Shown: positions 51,593 through 61,597 of the stretch, piece by piece
Layout of the letters: each line of letters starts with the position of its first letter
How positions within the stretch are numbered: the first letter of the stretch is position 1
Translations under genes and position numbers: made by a program
DNA from: Bacteroidales bacterium
GTDB lineage: Bacteria > Bacteroidota > Bacteroidia > Bacteroidales > WCHB1-69
Length of the DNA: 64,000 bases
Reading direction: 5' to 3'
Assembly (NCBI GenBank): GCA_017525505.1
Contig: JAFXSR010000033.1
Span: 43,531 to 107,530, forward strand
Notes under the pieces: model-generated
What the model was told of the DNA's origin: nothing
Databases searched by the model: none
What the model saw: the letters and a program-made list of their open reading frames with translations, nothing else

Positions 51593-52123
51593 CTATTTTA
51601 TTTCTTCCGTAATCCAGTTTTTGGCTCTCATAAAGTAAACCCGCGCCGTGTTCTCCGTGATGTTCAGTGCTTGCCCGATTTCCTTGAAAGAGTATTCCTC
51701 AAGCACTCGCAAACTGAAGACCATTCTTTGTATTTCAGGCATCTTTTGCATGAGCTTCAATATCTCTTTTGCGGTCAGGTGGGTTTCGATATTGGCAGTT
51801 TCGTCAGCGATTTCCACCTGTTCGTCGATAATATCGTAACCGTAGCGTTTATGGTTGTTGCGGAAATTCGAGATGGCTTTGTTGACCATAATCTGCCTGA
51901 TCCAATGTTCCAAAGAGCCTTGGCCAAGATATTTGTCAAGATGGGTAAAAACTTGCATAAACCCTTCTATCATAACATCTTCTGCCTCATGCTTGGTGGC
52001 CGCATAATACATGCATACCGCCAGCATTTTTGGTGCGAAAAGATTGTACAATGCCTGTTGGCTTTTTCTGTCATTACGCAGACAGCCATCAATCAGGTCA
52101 CTATGATTATACAATTCTTCCAC
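51593..52123 (-). CDS. ECF-type RNA polymerase sigma-70 factor
   Basis: Region 2 reads DLIDGCLRNDRKSQQALYNLFAPKMLAVCMYYAATKHEAEDVMIEGF. The region 4 HTH reads VFSLRVLEEYSFKEIGQALNITENTARVYFMRAKNWI. Confidence 0.85.
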   Translation of the reverse strand: MEELYNHSDLIDGCLRNDRKSQQALYNLFAPKMLAVCMYYAATKHEAEDVMIEGFMQVFTHLDKYLGQGSLEHWIRQIMVNKAISNFRNNHKRYGYDIIDEQVEIADETANIETHLTAKEILKLMQKMPEIQRMVFSLRVLEEYSFKEIGQALNITENTARVYFMRAKNWITEEIK

Positions 52124-52176
52124 ACCTACATGACGCTTTAAACTGCGAAAACGTTACAAAGAAAAGGAATTTTTTT

Positions 52177-53154
52177 TTAGCGGAGGGATTTCACGATGGC
52201 TTCCACTTCCCGGAGATAGTTTCTCTTGTCTTCTTGCGGGGCATAGACAAAGCCATCCACAGTGATACAATGTTGTCCGTCAGGGCTTTTGAAAGTGAAG
52301 CTGTAAAAGGGACCTCCCATGTAGTCTCCGATGCTTTCCCATAAACCTCTCATTTCCATACCTTTTTTATTGCCAATCTGGTATGTGTTCACGATGGGGA
52401 AACCTGCTTTCCGGGCGATGACAGGGTAGGCGTTTTTCACAGCTCCGGGAATGTATTTCTTGGTGATGCTGTCACGCATGGCCATGACATTCTCTTCGGT
52501 AAGTTCGTAAGCGGGCAGCTTATAAACCATGATGAAACGGTCGTTTTTGGTGGTTCTGAAGCGTAACCACAGGAAATCATCGGTCTTGTTGGCAATGAAA
52601 TAATGCATGGGCACGCTGAGTGTGATGCCGAACATTTCTTTCAGGTTTTTTTGGATGGTGGGTTCCAACTCGCGGTTATAAGCGTATTGAACACGCTTCA
52701 AGTCATTGTCATACAGCAGGTCGATGATGGTATCCGCATGAGTTCTGAACAGATTCATGCAAGAATCCGCATCATAGCCTTTGATTTTGATATATACTTG
52801 AGGGTTGGACCAGGCATTACGGTCGAAAACAATGCTGTTGCTGTTGTATTTCGGACTGAAATCAAAGTGGACGATGTTGCGATGCCTTACAAATTTGGAG
52901 GTGAAGTCTTTGCTTTGCAGGTGCAGAATGTCAAACATTGGTTCATTCTGGTTGATAGCGGGCTGTGGCTGCTGCAAACTGTCAGTCACTTCCTGCAACT
53001 GACTTTCAGTGAAGAAGTTATCATCCATTACCAGCAACATTTCCCCGGCTTTGCCATTAGAGAAGTTATCGACTTTGAAGGAGCCCACACTTTTGTGGCC
53101 GCATGATGCCAGCACAAAGGCCACTGCCAAGATGGCGAAGAATATTTTTTTCAT
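52177..53154 (-). CDS. Lipoprotein of unknown function (possibly DUF4837-like)
   Basis: The start is moved to MKKIFFAILAVAFVLASCG (lipobox). I recognise no catalytic motif. Confidence 0.6.
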   Translation of the reverse strand: MKKIFFAILAVAFVLASCGHKSVGSFKVDNFSNGKAGEMLLVMDDNFFTESQLQEVTDSLQQPQPAINQNEPMFDILHLQSKDFTSKFVRHRNIVHFDFSPKYNSNSIVFDRNAWSNPQVYIKIKGYDADSCMNLFRTHADTIIDLLYDNDLKRVQYAYNRELEPTIQKNLKEMFGITLSVPMHYFIANKTDDFLWLRFRTTKNDRFIMVYKLPAYELTEENVMAMRDSITKKYIPGAVKNAYPVIARKAGFPIVNTYQIGNKKGMEMRGLWESIGDYMGGPFYSFTFKSPDGQHCITVDGFVYAPQEDKRNYLREVEAIVKSLR

Positions 53155-53173
53155 GATTATATGTTTTGATGGG

Positions 53174-54469
53174 TTATTCTCCAAAAACACGTTTGTAAAT
53201 CAGATCCACGTTCTTGAGGTAGTATTCCAGGGTAAAGCAGCTGTCCAACTCGCTTTTGCTAAGGTATTTACAAACTTCTTCATTTTGTTCGAGCAGTTCC
53301 TTGTAGTCTTTGCCGTCGAACCAGGCGGTCATGGCGATGGGTTGTACGAGGTCGTAAGCGTTTTCGCGTGACAGGCCTTTGCCGATGAGGGTAGTCATGA
53401 CACGCTGGGCGAAGATGACTTTATGGGTCAAGTATATGTTTTTCAGCATATTTTCCGGAAAGACGACGAGGTTTTCGAGGATGCCGCTGAAGCGGTTGAG
53501 CATGTAGTCGAGCAGGATGGTGGCGTCGGGCAGGATGATACGTTCGGCGGAGGAGTGGGAGATGTCGCGTTCGTGCCACAGGGCGATATCCTCGTAAGAA
53601 GTGATCATATAGCCTCGGAGCACGCGGGCGCAGCCGCACATGTTTTCGCTGCTGATGGGATTACGCTTGTGGGGCATGGCGGAGGAACCTTTCTGTCCTT
53701 TGCCGAATTTTTCCTCGGCCTCACGCAGCTCAGTACGTTGCCAGTGACGTACTTCTGTGGCCATTTTCTCGATGCAGGCGCCAATCAGGGCCAACGTGGC
53801 GATGTAGTGGGCATGGCGGTCGCGTTGCAGGGTTTGGGTGGAGATTTTGGCGGAATTGATACCCAATTGTTCACATACATAGTCCTGCACAAAAGCAGGG
53901 GCATTGGCGAAATTGCCTACGGCACCGCTTACTTTGCCGCATTCCACATCGGCGGCGGCATCCTCAAAGCGGGCGATATTGCGCTGCATGTCCTCGAACC
54001 ACAGGGCCCATTTGAGACCCAGCGAGGTGATGTCGGCATGCACGCCATGGGTACGGCCGATGCAGGGGGTGTCTTTGAATTCGTAAGCCCGCTTTTTCAG
54101 GATGGCGGACATGCGTTGCAGGTCTTCCCGCAAGATTTTGTTGGCCTGCTTGAGCAGATAGCCGTTGGCGGTGTCCACCACGTCGGTGGAAGTCATGCCG
54201 TAGTGCACCCATTTTTTCTCTTCTCCCAGGCTTTCGCTTACGGTACGGGTGAAGGCCACAATGTCGTGCTTGGTCTCTTTTTCTATTTCGTAGATGCGCT
54301 GGATGTCGAAGCGGGCGTTCTGGCGCAACAGTTCCACGTCGTGTTCGGGAATCACGCCTAACTTACTCCATGCGGCGGCGGCTTCAATCTCAACTTTCAG
54401 ATAGCTGTTGAATTTGTTCTCTTCAGTCCAAACGGCGCTCATCTCGGGGCGCGAATATCTTGGTATCAT
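53174..54469 (-). CDS. purB: Adenylosuccinate lyase
   Basis: MIPRYSRPEMSAVWTEENKF...GMTSTDVVDT...GSSAMPHKRNP is the fumarate-lyase signature. Confidence 0.95.
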   Translation of the reverse strand: MIPRYSRPEMSAVWTEENKFNSYLKVEIEAAAAWSKLGVIPEHDVELLRQNARFDIQRIYEIEKETKHDIVAFTRTVSESLGEEKKWVHYGMTSTDVVDTANGYLLKQANKILREDLQRMSAILKKRAYEFKDTPCIGRTHGVHADITSLGLKWALWFEDMQRNIARFEDAAADVECGKVSGAVGNFANAPAFVQDYVCEQLGINSAKISTQTLQRDRHAHYIATLALIGACIEKMATEVRHWQRTELREAEEKFGKGQKGSSAMPHKRNPISSENMCGCARVLRGYMITSYEDIALWHERDISHSSAERIILPDATILLDYMLNRFSGILENLVVFPENMLKNIYLTHKVIFAQRVMTTLIGKGLSRENAYDLVQPIAMTAWFDGKDYKELLEQNEEVCKYLSKSELDSCFTLEYYLKNVDLIYKRVFGE

Positions 54470-54475
54470 AGTGCT

Positions 54476-55087
54476 TTATTTTATTTTGAAATCTAAAAAT
54501 TTTTCTTCTCCGATAAAACCTTGCAGGCGGTCGTTGATGGCCACTTTGCCAACGCCTTCAGGGGTTCCTGTGAAAATGATGTCCCCGATTTTCAGGGTCA
54601 TGAATTTCGACACGTGGCAGATGATCTCGTCAATGGTGAACAGCATGTCCTTGCTGTTGCCATGTTGGACGCAGTGGTCATTCAGCATCAGCTTGAAATC
54701 CAGATTTTTGAGATCTCCGAAGTGCTCTTTTTCCACAAATTTGCTGATGACGGCGGAGCCGTCGAAGGCTTTGGCAATCTCCCAAGGGTTGCCTTCCGCC
54801 ACACATTTCCGTTGCAAGTCCCTGGCTGTAAAGTCGATACCCAAGCCGATAGCGTCATAATAAGTATGGGCGAATTTGGGCTGGATGCACTTTCCCACTT
54901 TGCAAATGCGGAAAAGGAGTTCCACCTCATGATGAATCTCCTCCGAAAAATCCGGCAGAAAGAAGGGCCGATTGCGGATAATGATGGACGAGTCGGGTTT
55001 CAGGAAAAACACCGGCTCGGTGGGCCGTTGTCTGTCCAGTTCCTGAATATGTTTCAGATAATTCTTGCCGACACAAATGATTTTCAT
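54476..55087 (-). CDS. Fumarylacetoacetate hydrolase (FAH) family protein
   Basis: MKIICVGKNYLKHIQEL...HHEVEL...GDIIFTGTPEGVG is typical of YcgM/FAHD-type enzymes. Confidence 0.8.
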   Translation of the reverse strand: MKIICVGKNYLKHIQELDRQRPTEPVFFLKPDSSIIIRNRPFFLPDFSEEIHHEVELLFRICKVGKCIQPKFAHTYYDAIGLGIDFTARDLQRKCVAEGNPWEIAKAFDGSAVISKFVEKEHFGDLKNLDFKLMLNDHCVQHGNSKDMLFTIDEIICHVSKFMTLKIGDIIFTGTPEGVGKVAINDRLQGFIGEEKFLDFKIK

Positions 55088-55096
55088 GCCTGAACA

Positions 55097-55951
55097 TTAA
55101 AAATATAAGCCAAAAAGAATCTCAACAGTTCCAATGGCGGCTTTCTCTTGTACCCCGGTTCTGCTGTTTTTGGCGTTTTTGGAGAAATAATTGTTGAGAG
55201 ACTGGGCGTAGTTGATGTAAAGTTTGCCTCTGAGGTGTCTTTTGATGACATATTCAACGCCCAAGCCGGCGAAAATAGACTCTTTGAACAAGGCTGTCTC
55301 ATTGTCTTTGGCCCAATCGGTAGTGACGTAGTTGATGGTTTCCTTGTCGGTTTCTCTTGCGCTTGGGTCGATCTGGAATCGGGATTGGTATCGGGAATAC
55401 AGATTGAAGCTATGGTAAAAACCGATATTGCCACCAATGATAAAATGGTTGAAACTGGGAGTTCTCAATGTGATGGCTGTGGGGATAGTAAAGTAAATAC
55501 TCTTGTATTTGCGGTCAATATTGGTGTTTTCCAGGGTTTTGTCAACCAGATAGATATTATCATTAAAGTTGAGGCTGCCGCCTGTATGCTCGATAAGAAC
55601 ACCAGTGGAGACATAGAAGTTTTTGGACTTGGTGAGGTCAATATCCAGGTTGACACCATAGCGGAGTCCCAGCTTCACGCTTTCGTGGGCAGAACGCTCA
55701 TAGCCTGCAGGGGCTACTTTGTGGTTTTTCCAGTTCATCCAGTTGAAGGAAGGACCGAAGGTAATACCGACAACTACCCTGCGGGCCTCCAATTCATTGT
55801 AACGGTCCACTTTGTAGTCACTATCTTTTTTTTCTTTTGCGTCTTTTTTGTTGGTATTGTCAGTGGAAGAAGAGCTGTTGGTATAGTAATTTTGTGAGAA
55901 GGCGCAGGCCATCATGGCTATCATACTGATAAAACAAATAAATTTTTTCAT
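55097..55951 (-). CDS. Outer-membrane beta-barrel protein (hypothetical)
   Basis: It has a signal peptide (MKKFICFISMIAMMACAFSQ), an alternating amphipathic strand pattern and a C-terminal ...VEILFGLYF. Confidence 0.5.
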   Translation of the reverse strand: MKKFICFISMIAMMACAFSQNYYTNSSSSTDNTNKKDAKEKKDSDYKVDRYNELEARRVVVGITFGPSFNWMNWKNHKVAPAGYERSAHESVKLGLRYGVNLDIDLTKSKNFYVSTGVLIEHTGGSLNFNDNIYLVDKTLENTNIDRKYKSIYFTIPTAITLRTPSFNHFIIGGNIGFYHSFNLYSRYQSRFQIDPSARETDKETINYVTTDWAKDNETALFKESIFAGLGVEYVIKRHLRGKLYINYAQSLNNYFSKNAKNSRTGVQEKAAIGTVEILFGLYF

Positions 55952-55977
55952 GGGATGGTATTTTTGATGTGATAATT

Positions 55978-57003
55978 TTAAAACAACATAGGTTGTTGGT
56001 CGTTTAGTCTCAATTTGCCAAGATGGGCGAAGCCTAAGTCGGTAACTTCCCTTCCCCTTGGGGTTCTCATCAGGTAGCCTTCCTGTATCAGGAAGGGTTC
56101 GTACACTTCCTCAAGGGTGCCACGGTCTTCACCCACAGCGGTGGCGATGGTGGAGATGCCAACGGGACCGCCTTTGAATTTATCAACGATAGTGGAGAGT
56201 ATTTTATTGTCCATTTCGTCTAAACCGTGTTTATCGACATTCAGGGCGGCCAGGGCCACCTGGGTGATGTCGTAGGTGATGGTGCCGTCGCCCTTGATTT
56301 GTGCAAAGTCGCGCACACGGCGCAGCAACAGGTTGGCGATACGGGGTGTGCCACGGCTACGGCGGGCAATTTCGAAGGCGGCGTCATCTTTGATGGGAAT
56401 GTTGAGGATGGAGGCCGAGCGTTTCAGAATTTGCGACAATGTCTCTGCATCATAATATTGCAGTCGCAGGTTGATGCCAAATCGCGAGCGCAAAGGAGCG
56501 GTCAACAAGCCTGAACGGGTGGTGGCTCCCACCAAAGTGAAGGGGTTGAGGGAGATCTGCACACTACGGGCGTTGGGACCGCTATCTATCATGATGTCAA
56601 TACGATAGTCCTCCATGGCGGAATACAGATACTCTTCCACGATGGGAGACAGACGGTGGATTTCATCGATGAACAGCACATCGTTAGGCTCCAGGTTGGT
56701 GAGCAGGCCAGCCAGTTCACCAGGCTTGTCGATGACTGGGCCGGAGGTGATTTTCATGTTCACTCCCATTTCGTTGGCGATGATGTGGGAGAGTGTGGTT
56801 TTTCCCAGTCCTGGAGGGCCGTGCAGCAGCACATGGTCCAGGGCCTCCCCACGGGCTTTGGCCGCGCGCACAAAGACAATGATGTTGTCAATAACCTGCT
56901 CTTGCCCATGGAAATTGGCAAAGTCCGTTGGCCGTATGGCTTTTTCGAATTCCTTTTCGGCAGCGGAAAGTCTCGCGGAATTGGGATCCAGATTATTATT
57001 CAT
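55978..57003 (-). CDS. ruvB: Holliday junction branch-migration helicase RuvB
   Basis: [11 protein letters not shown]...[13 protein letters not shown]...[11 protein letters not shown]. The start is moved to MNNNLDP (cat at 57001-57003) because the longer ORF overlaps the upstream TPR gene. Confidence 0.95.
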   Translation of the reverse strand: MNNNLDPNSARLSAAEKEFEKAIRPTDFANFHGQEQVIDNIIVFVRAAKARGEALDHVLLHGPPGLGKTTLSHIIANEMGVNMKITSGPVIDKPGELAGLLTNLEPNDVLFIDEIHRLSPIVEEYLYSAMEDYRIDIMIDSGPNARSVQISLNPFTLVGATTRSGLLTAPLRSRFGINLRLQYYDAETLSQILKRSASILNIPIKDDAAFEIARRSRGTPRIANLLLRRVRDFAQIKGDGTITYDITQVALAALNVDKHGLDEMDNKILSTIVDKFKGGPVGISTIATAVGEDRGTLEEVYEPFLIQEGYLMRTPRGREVTDLGFAHLGKLRLNDQQPMLF

Positions 57004-57011
57004 GTTTGCGC

Positions 57012-58034
57012 TTATTTCATTTTGTCCAGTCTGTTCAGGCCTACAACAGCGGGTTCGTAATTTGGCAGTATTTTCAGGGCAGTGTTGTAGGCTTCCCGGG
57101 CTTCTTCCAAACGGCCGGTGCATTCGAAGCAGACTCCGCGGTTGCAATGGGCTTCCACGCAGTTCGGCTCCACGGCAATGGCCCGGTCGAACATGGTCAT
57201 TGCTTCGTCGTATTTGTCCTGATCTACCATATAGACGTAGCCCAGGTTGTTGAGGGCAGGCAGGTGGGTGTCCTTGAGTTGCAGCACGATTTTGTATTGT
57301 TCCACCGCCTGTTCTATCTGATCATCATCTTGATTTTTTTCTCCCAAATCCTGCAGAAGTTTCGCCAGGTTGAAATTGATTTCAATATTGTTGGGGTCGG
57401 CTTGCAGGGCGTTCTGATAGTAGCTGATGGCGATGGGGTCGAGTTTTTGCTGGTAGTAATAACCCAGTTCCAGAAATGCCCTTATTTCAGTCGGATTCTG
57501 GTCGATGCACAGCTGGAACATACGCATGGCGCCCACCGTATCCTGCATTTCCTTCAGGCAGAAGCCTCTGATCAAATGGGCTTTGGGGTTGAATTTCTCT
57601 TGTTCCAGAGCGGCGTCTAAGGTACTGTTGCATTCCGGGAACATTCTGAGGTGGAAATACAATTCGGCCAGTTTCAGCCGCGCCTCGTTATTGGCAGGAT
57701 CCAAGGCGATGGCGCGTTCCAGCATCTCCTCAGTTTCATCGGTTTCTTTCTCCGCAAAGTAGATGTCCGACATCAGCACGTAGTATTTGGAGGTCTTGTC
57801 GTCCAGCTTCAGGCACTCGAACATATCCAGTTTCGCTTCGTCGATAAAGCCGCGGTTGTAGTAATAGACGGCTCTGGCATAGCGTGCCTCCGCATCTTTC
57901 GGATGCTTGTCGATGGCTTTGCTCAGTTTTGCCAGATCCGGTGGCATGTTGGCATACTGCTTGCTGTTATGGCCGCAGGCCATCAGCATCGCCACCAGGG
58001 AGAAGAGAATCAGTCTGACGAAATAGTGTTTCAT
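57012..58034 (-). CDS. Tetratricopeptide-repeat lipoprotein
   Basis: The lipobox is LVAMLMACG. There are at least 7 TPR-like 34-aa units (for example [31 protein letters not shown]). Confidence 0.7.
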   Translation of the reverse strand: MKHYFVRLILFSLVAMLMACGHNSKQYANMPPDLAKLSKAIDKHPKDAEARYARAVYYYNRGFIDEAKLDMFECLKLDDKTSKYYVLMSDIYFAEKETDETEEMLERAIALDPANNEARLKLAELYFHLRMFPECNSTLDAALEQEKFNPKAHLIRGFCLKEMQDTVGAMRMFQLCIDQNPTEIRAFLELGYYYQQKLDPIAISYYQNALQADPNNIEINFNLAKLLQDLGEKNQDDDQIEQAVEQYKIVLQLKDTHLPALNNLGYVYMVDQDKYDEAMTMFDRAIAVEPNCVEAHCNRGVCFECTGRLEEAREAYNTALKILPNYEPAVVGLNRLDKMK

Positions 58035-58046
58035 AATAGAGGTGGA

Positions 58047-59057
58047 TTATTGTTTTTTCTCGGCGACAGCCTCACGGATTTTCGTTTCCAGTTCCTCCAT
58101 CAGTTCGGGATTGTCGTTCAGCAGCTGTTTCACGGCGTCGCGGCCCTGAGCCAGCTTGCTGTCGTTGTAAGAGAACCAGGAGCCTGATTTCTTGATGATG
58201 TTGTAATCCACGCCCAGGTCGATGATTTCACCGGTTTTGGAGATCCCTTCGCCGAAGAGAATGTCGAACTCGGCGGTGCGGAAAGGAGGCGCCACCTTGT
58301 TTTTCACCACTTTCACTTTGACACGGTTACCGGCGGCCAGGTCGCCGTCTTTCAACTGTGAGGTACGGCGGATGTCGAGACGCACGGAAGCATAGAATTT
58401 CAGGGCGTTACCGCCAGTGGTGGTTTCGGGATTGCCGAAGAGGACACCGATTTTCTCACGCAGCTGGTTGATGAAGATGCAGCAGCAGCCGGTTTTGCTG
58501 ATGGTTGCAGTCAGTTTTCGGAGGGCCTGTGACATCAGTCGGGCCTGCAGACCCATCTTGGAGTCGCCCATGTCGCCTTCAATCTCGCTCTTGGGGGTCA
58601 AAGCCGCCACAGAGTCGATGACGATGATGTCGATGGCGCCGGAACGGATCAGGTTGTCGGCGATTTCGAGGGCCTGCTCGCCGTTGTCGGGCTGCGAAAC
58701 CAGCAGGTCGGCAGTGTTCACGCCCAATTTCTCGGCGTAGGAGCGGTCGAAAGCGTGCTCGGCGTCGATGAAAGCCGCAATGCCACCGGCTTTCTGGGCC
58801 TCGGCGATGGCATGGATGGCCAAGGTGGTTTTACCGGAAGACTCGGGACCGTAGATTTCGATGATTCTTCCTTTCGGGAGACCGCCAACACCCAAAGCCA
58901 AGTCAAGGGTCAATGAGCCGGTAGAGATTACGTCGATATCTTCAACAGGAGTGTCACTCAAGCGCATGATGGCTCCCTTGCCAAAGGTCTTTTCCAATTT
59001 TTCCAGGGTGGAATTCAGCACTTTAAGTTTTTCCTCATTCATTTTTTCTTTTTCCAT
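58047..59057 (-). CDS. recA: Recombinase RecA
   Basis: FGKGAIMRL...[16 protein letters not shown]...IVIDSVAAL. The start is moved to [12 protein letters not shown]. Confidence 0.95.
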   Translation of the reverse strand: MEKEKMNEEKLKVLNSTLEKLEKTFGKGAIMRLSDTPVEDIDVISTGSLTLDLALGVGGLPKGRIIEIYGPESSGKTTLAIHAIAEAQKAGGIAAFIDAEHAFDRSYAEKLGVNTADLLVSQPDNGEQALEIADNLIRSGAIDIIVIDSVAALTPKSEIEGDMGDSKMGLQARLMSQALRKLTATISKTGCCCIFINQLREKIGVLFGNPETTTGGNALKFYASVRLDIRRTSQLKDGDLAAGNRVKVKVVKNKVAPPFRTAEFDILFGEGISKTGEIIDLGVDYNIIKKSGSWFSYNDSKLAQGRDAVKQLLNDNPELMEELETKIREAVAEKKQ

Positions 59058-59183
59058 AGGACAGTTTTTTTCAAGATTAAACAAACTACAAAAATACAAA
59101 TATTTTTTCATTTCTCGTCCAACAGACACGGAATATTTTTCTGCGCAACCGCATCTGTTGCAGAGAAGGAAATTTTATCGTTG

Positions 59184-59191
59184 CAAAGATA
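59184..59191 (-). promoter_or_regulatory. TAnnTTTG promoter box upstream of recA
   Basis: The reverse complement of caaagata is TATCTTTG, about 125 nt upstream of the chosen start. Confidence 0.45.
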
Positions 59192-59308
59192 TAAAATTAT
59201 CCAATATAAAAGTAAAAATTACAAAAATATTTTTACATTATTTTAATCAGGAATTGATAAGATGTCTGGAAAGAGATTTTACATTAGACTAAAAGGAACA
59301 TTTTCCTT

Positions 59309-61528
59309 CTATTTTTTCACCACTTTATGATAAGAGTTTTTTCCGTCAGTTATCAGTTTCAATATATATACTGAAGGACTTAAAGAATTGATATTGAGCT
59401 GGTATAAGCGACCTATAAACTTGGTTTCCAATATTTTGCGACCGGTAAGGTCAAAAACCTGCACTTGGGTAATGTCATCGTTCGTCGTTTCGATGTGGAG
59501 GATGTCGGTGGCGGGATTGGGGTAACATTTGGCAGTTGTGCTTTCCGTTTCGTTAATGCTGACGGGAATGCCGGTTCTGCCTTCAAAGTAGGCGAATCCG
59601 CCGGCATAGTTGCCCACGATGAGGTCGGGATAATTGTCGTTGTTCAGTTCTCCTACGGCAACTCCCACCCGGATGCCTTCTTGTATGGGCAGATGTTGAG
59701 TTCCAGTTTGTTCAGGCAGCCATGTGGTTTGCAGGGAGAAACTTCCGCTGAGGTTGTTGTCTATATTGTTGTAAAGGAACAGTTTGCCCTGCTCGTTGCC
59801 GCAAAGCAGCAGGGTTTCGTTGTTTTGTCTGAAAAAGCAGGGAGTGGCAAAGCCGAAATAGGAGAGGGTATAATCACGTACATCAACGTTGCCCAGGTTG
59901 CTGGTCTCCAATTGAAAACTACTGTTTTCATTGGTGGAAATGTTTCTGTAATAGGATATTTGCCCACGGCGGTTGCCGATAAGCAGATCTATTTTGCCGT
60001 CCCGGTCGAGGTCGAACAGTTGGGGAGTGGCAAAATCGCCGGCCTCAATATTCAGGAAATTCTCCGTTATCTGTCCGTTTTTTGCCTTTATGAGAGAGCC
60101 ATCACTGCATCCGCATATCATTTCTGTTTGTCCGTCACCGTCCAGGTCCCCGAAAGTGGGGAAGAGGGCTTGTTTGTTGAGTTGGCGCAGGTTGCCGAAA
60201 TCGGGATTCATCAGTCGAAAGGCGGGTTGAGAAGCTGTGCCGATATTCTCGAAGTAGGCAATGGAGGAGGAGTAATACGAGGTGAGGAAGCCGTTGTAAT
60301 AGGCGGAACTGTCGTAGTAGCCGTAGTTTCCGGCGAACAAATCCAGCAGTCCGTCACCGTTCCAGTCGTAGAGCACGGGGTAACAGCCGGAGCCTAAGTT
60401 CACCATTTGCTCTTGCAAAAATTTCTGTGTAACCAGACTGTAATTTTGCAACAGACTGTCGTATTCGTACAGCCATACACTGTTGACATTCTGTGATTTA
60501 TTCAAAGAAGGGTCGGCGGGGGAAACCAGTAGTTCCGGGATGTTGTCTCCATTTAAATCCGTTGAAGAGACCAGCGGCATGGAGTATAAGGAGATGGGGT
60601 TGACGGCATTGGGGACGGCGGAAGTTTGCGCCACCATCAGGGCTTCGGACAAGAAGCCCCCGTTGGTCAGAAGCACGACCTGTGCATAGTCAATATCGCC
60701 CAAAATAAGATCTTCCAAGCCGTCGTGGTTGAAGTCGGTCATGGTCATGGTGGAGCCGACATGGCGGTTAGGTTCTTCATTCTTGCTTTGGCAATAGCTC
60801 AGCAAGGTAATCTCGTTGTTGTCGGCCCCTTCGGAAAACTTTCCCCAGCACTCGTCCTCCAGTCGGAAGTCCAGCCAGCCGTTGGCAAGGTTGTTTTCTA
60901 GGGCATAATTTCGTTGATAATGAACGTATTTTCCTAATACCCAAAAGTTTAGTATATCCATATCGCCATCATGGTCCACATCGGCAACCACCAGGTTGTC
61001 ATCGGGCGAGGCGTAGATATTGCTGTAACTGGTATAGTAAAAGGAGGTAAGTTGGTCGGTTACCAAGCTGAATGAAAGCTGTTCCTGCGAGCTGTTTCTG
61101 AAGACTCTGATTCCCGCGAGACCGTATGTAAAAATGTCTTTTTTACCGTCGTTGTCATAGTCTTTCAGGATAAGCCAGTCGTGCAGTCCGGGGAAGCAAT
61201 GCCGGTATTCGGGGGCATATAGCCATTGCTGGCCATGCCGCAAAAAGGGAAGCAGACGGTTGCCGTGCTTTTCAAAGGCCAGCAGGTCATCGGTGCCGTC
61301 GAGGTCAAGGTCGATGTTGAAAAACGCAAGGTTGCTCATGCCTCCCGCCCAAGCCAGGGACAGGGTGTCATTGCCCGTTAGCACGAGGATGCTCTGGTTT
61401 CGTTGAAAAGCAGGAATGTATGTGGTTTGGGCTGAAAGTTGAAAACTGAAAGTTGAAAACTGAAAGTTGAAAATTACAAGCAGGAGTATTCTTAGTGATA
61501 ACTTCCGAAAAAACATTCTTTTTTTCAA
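59309..61528 (-). CDS. FG-GAP/VCBS-repeat protein with T9SS type-A C-terminal sorting domain
   Basis: There are multiple D.D.DG..D[LI] calcium-loop repeats (DLDLDGTDDLL, DVDHDGDMDIL, DFNHDGLEDLIL, DLDGDGQTEMI, DLDRDGKIDLLI). The C-terminus is CYPNPATDILHIE...VFDLTGRKI...SVYILKLITDGKNSYHKVVKK. Confidence 0.85.
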   Translation of the reverse strand: MKKRMFFRKLSLRILLLVIFNFQFSTFSFQLSAQTTYIPAFQRNQSILVLTGNDTLSLAWAGGMSNLAFFNIDLDLDGTDDLLAFEKHGNRLLPFLRHGQQWLYAPEYRHCFPGLHDWLILKDYDNDGKKDIFTYGLAGIRVFRNSSQEQLSFSLVTDQLTSFYYTSYSNIYASPDDNLVVADVDHDGDMDILNFWVLGKYVHYQRNYALENNLANGWLDFRLEDECWGKFSEGADNNEITLLSYCQSKNEEPNRHVGSTMTMTDFNHDGLEDLILGDIDYAQVVLLTNGGFLSEALMVAQTSAVPNAVNPISLYSMPLVSSTDLNGDNIPELLVSPADPSLNKSQNVNSVWLYEYDSLLQNYSLVTQKFLQEQMVNLGSGCYPVLYDWNGDGLLDLFAGNYGYYDSSAYYNGFLTSYYSSSIAYFENIGTASQPAFRLMNPDFGNLRQLNKQALFPTFGDLDGDGQTEMICGCSDGSLIKAKNGQITENFLNIEAGDFATPQLFDLDRDGKIDLLIGNRRGQISYYRNISTNENSSFQLETSNLGNVDVRDYTLSYFGFATPCFFRQNNETLLLCGNEQGKLFLYNNIDNNLSGSFSLQTTWLPEQTGTQHLPIQEGIRVGVAVGELNNDNYPDLIVGNYAGGFAYFEGRTGIPVSINETESTTAKCYPNPATDILHIETTNDDITQVQVFDLTGRKILETKFIGRLYQLNINSLSPSVYILKLITDGKNSYHKVVKK
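61431..61475. repeat. Word array (TGAAAGT TGAAAAC) inside the signal-peptide coding region
   Basis: gctgaaagttgaaaactgaaagttgaaaactgaaagttgaaaatt encodes, on the minus strand, ...VIFNFQFSTFSFQLSAQ. Confidence 0.9.
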
Positions 61529-61597
61529 TTCTATATCCTTAAAAACAACTACTACCTATTCGTGACCCCTGCAACCTGTAACCTGACCCCTGTAAAC

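Noticed and set aside
57004-57147. N-terminal extensions in the ORF track for ruvB (to 57147), recA (to 59129), thyA (to 36355), the dehydrogenase (to 35294), the C69 peptidase (from 19530) and the four-helix-bundle gene (to 41837).
   Set aside because: The extensions overlap upstream genes, promoter boxes or repeat arrays and add non-homologous residues. Canonical N-termini ([44 protein letters not shown]) start at internal Met codons.
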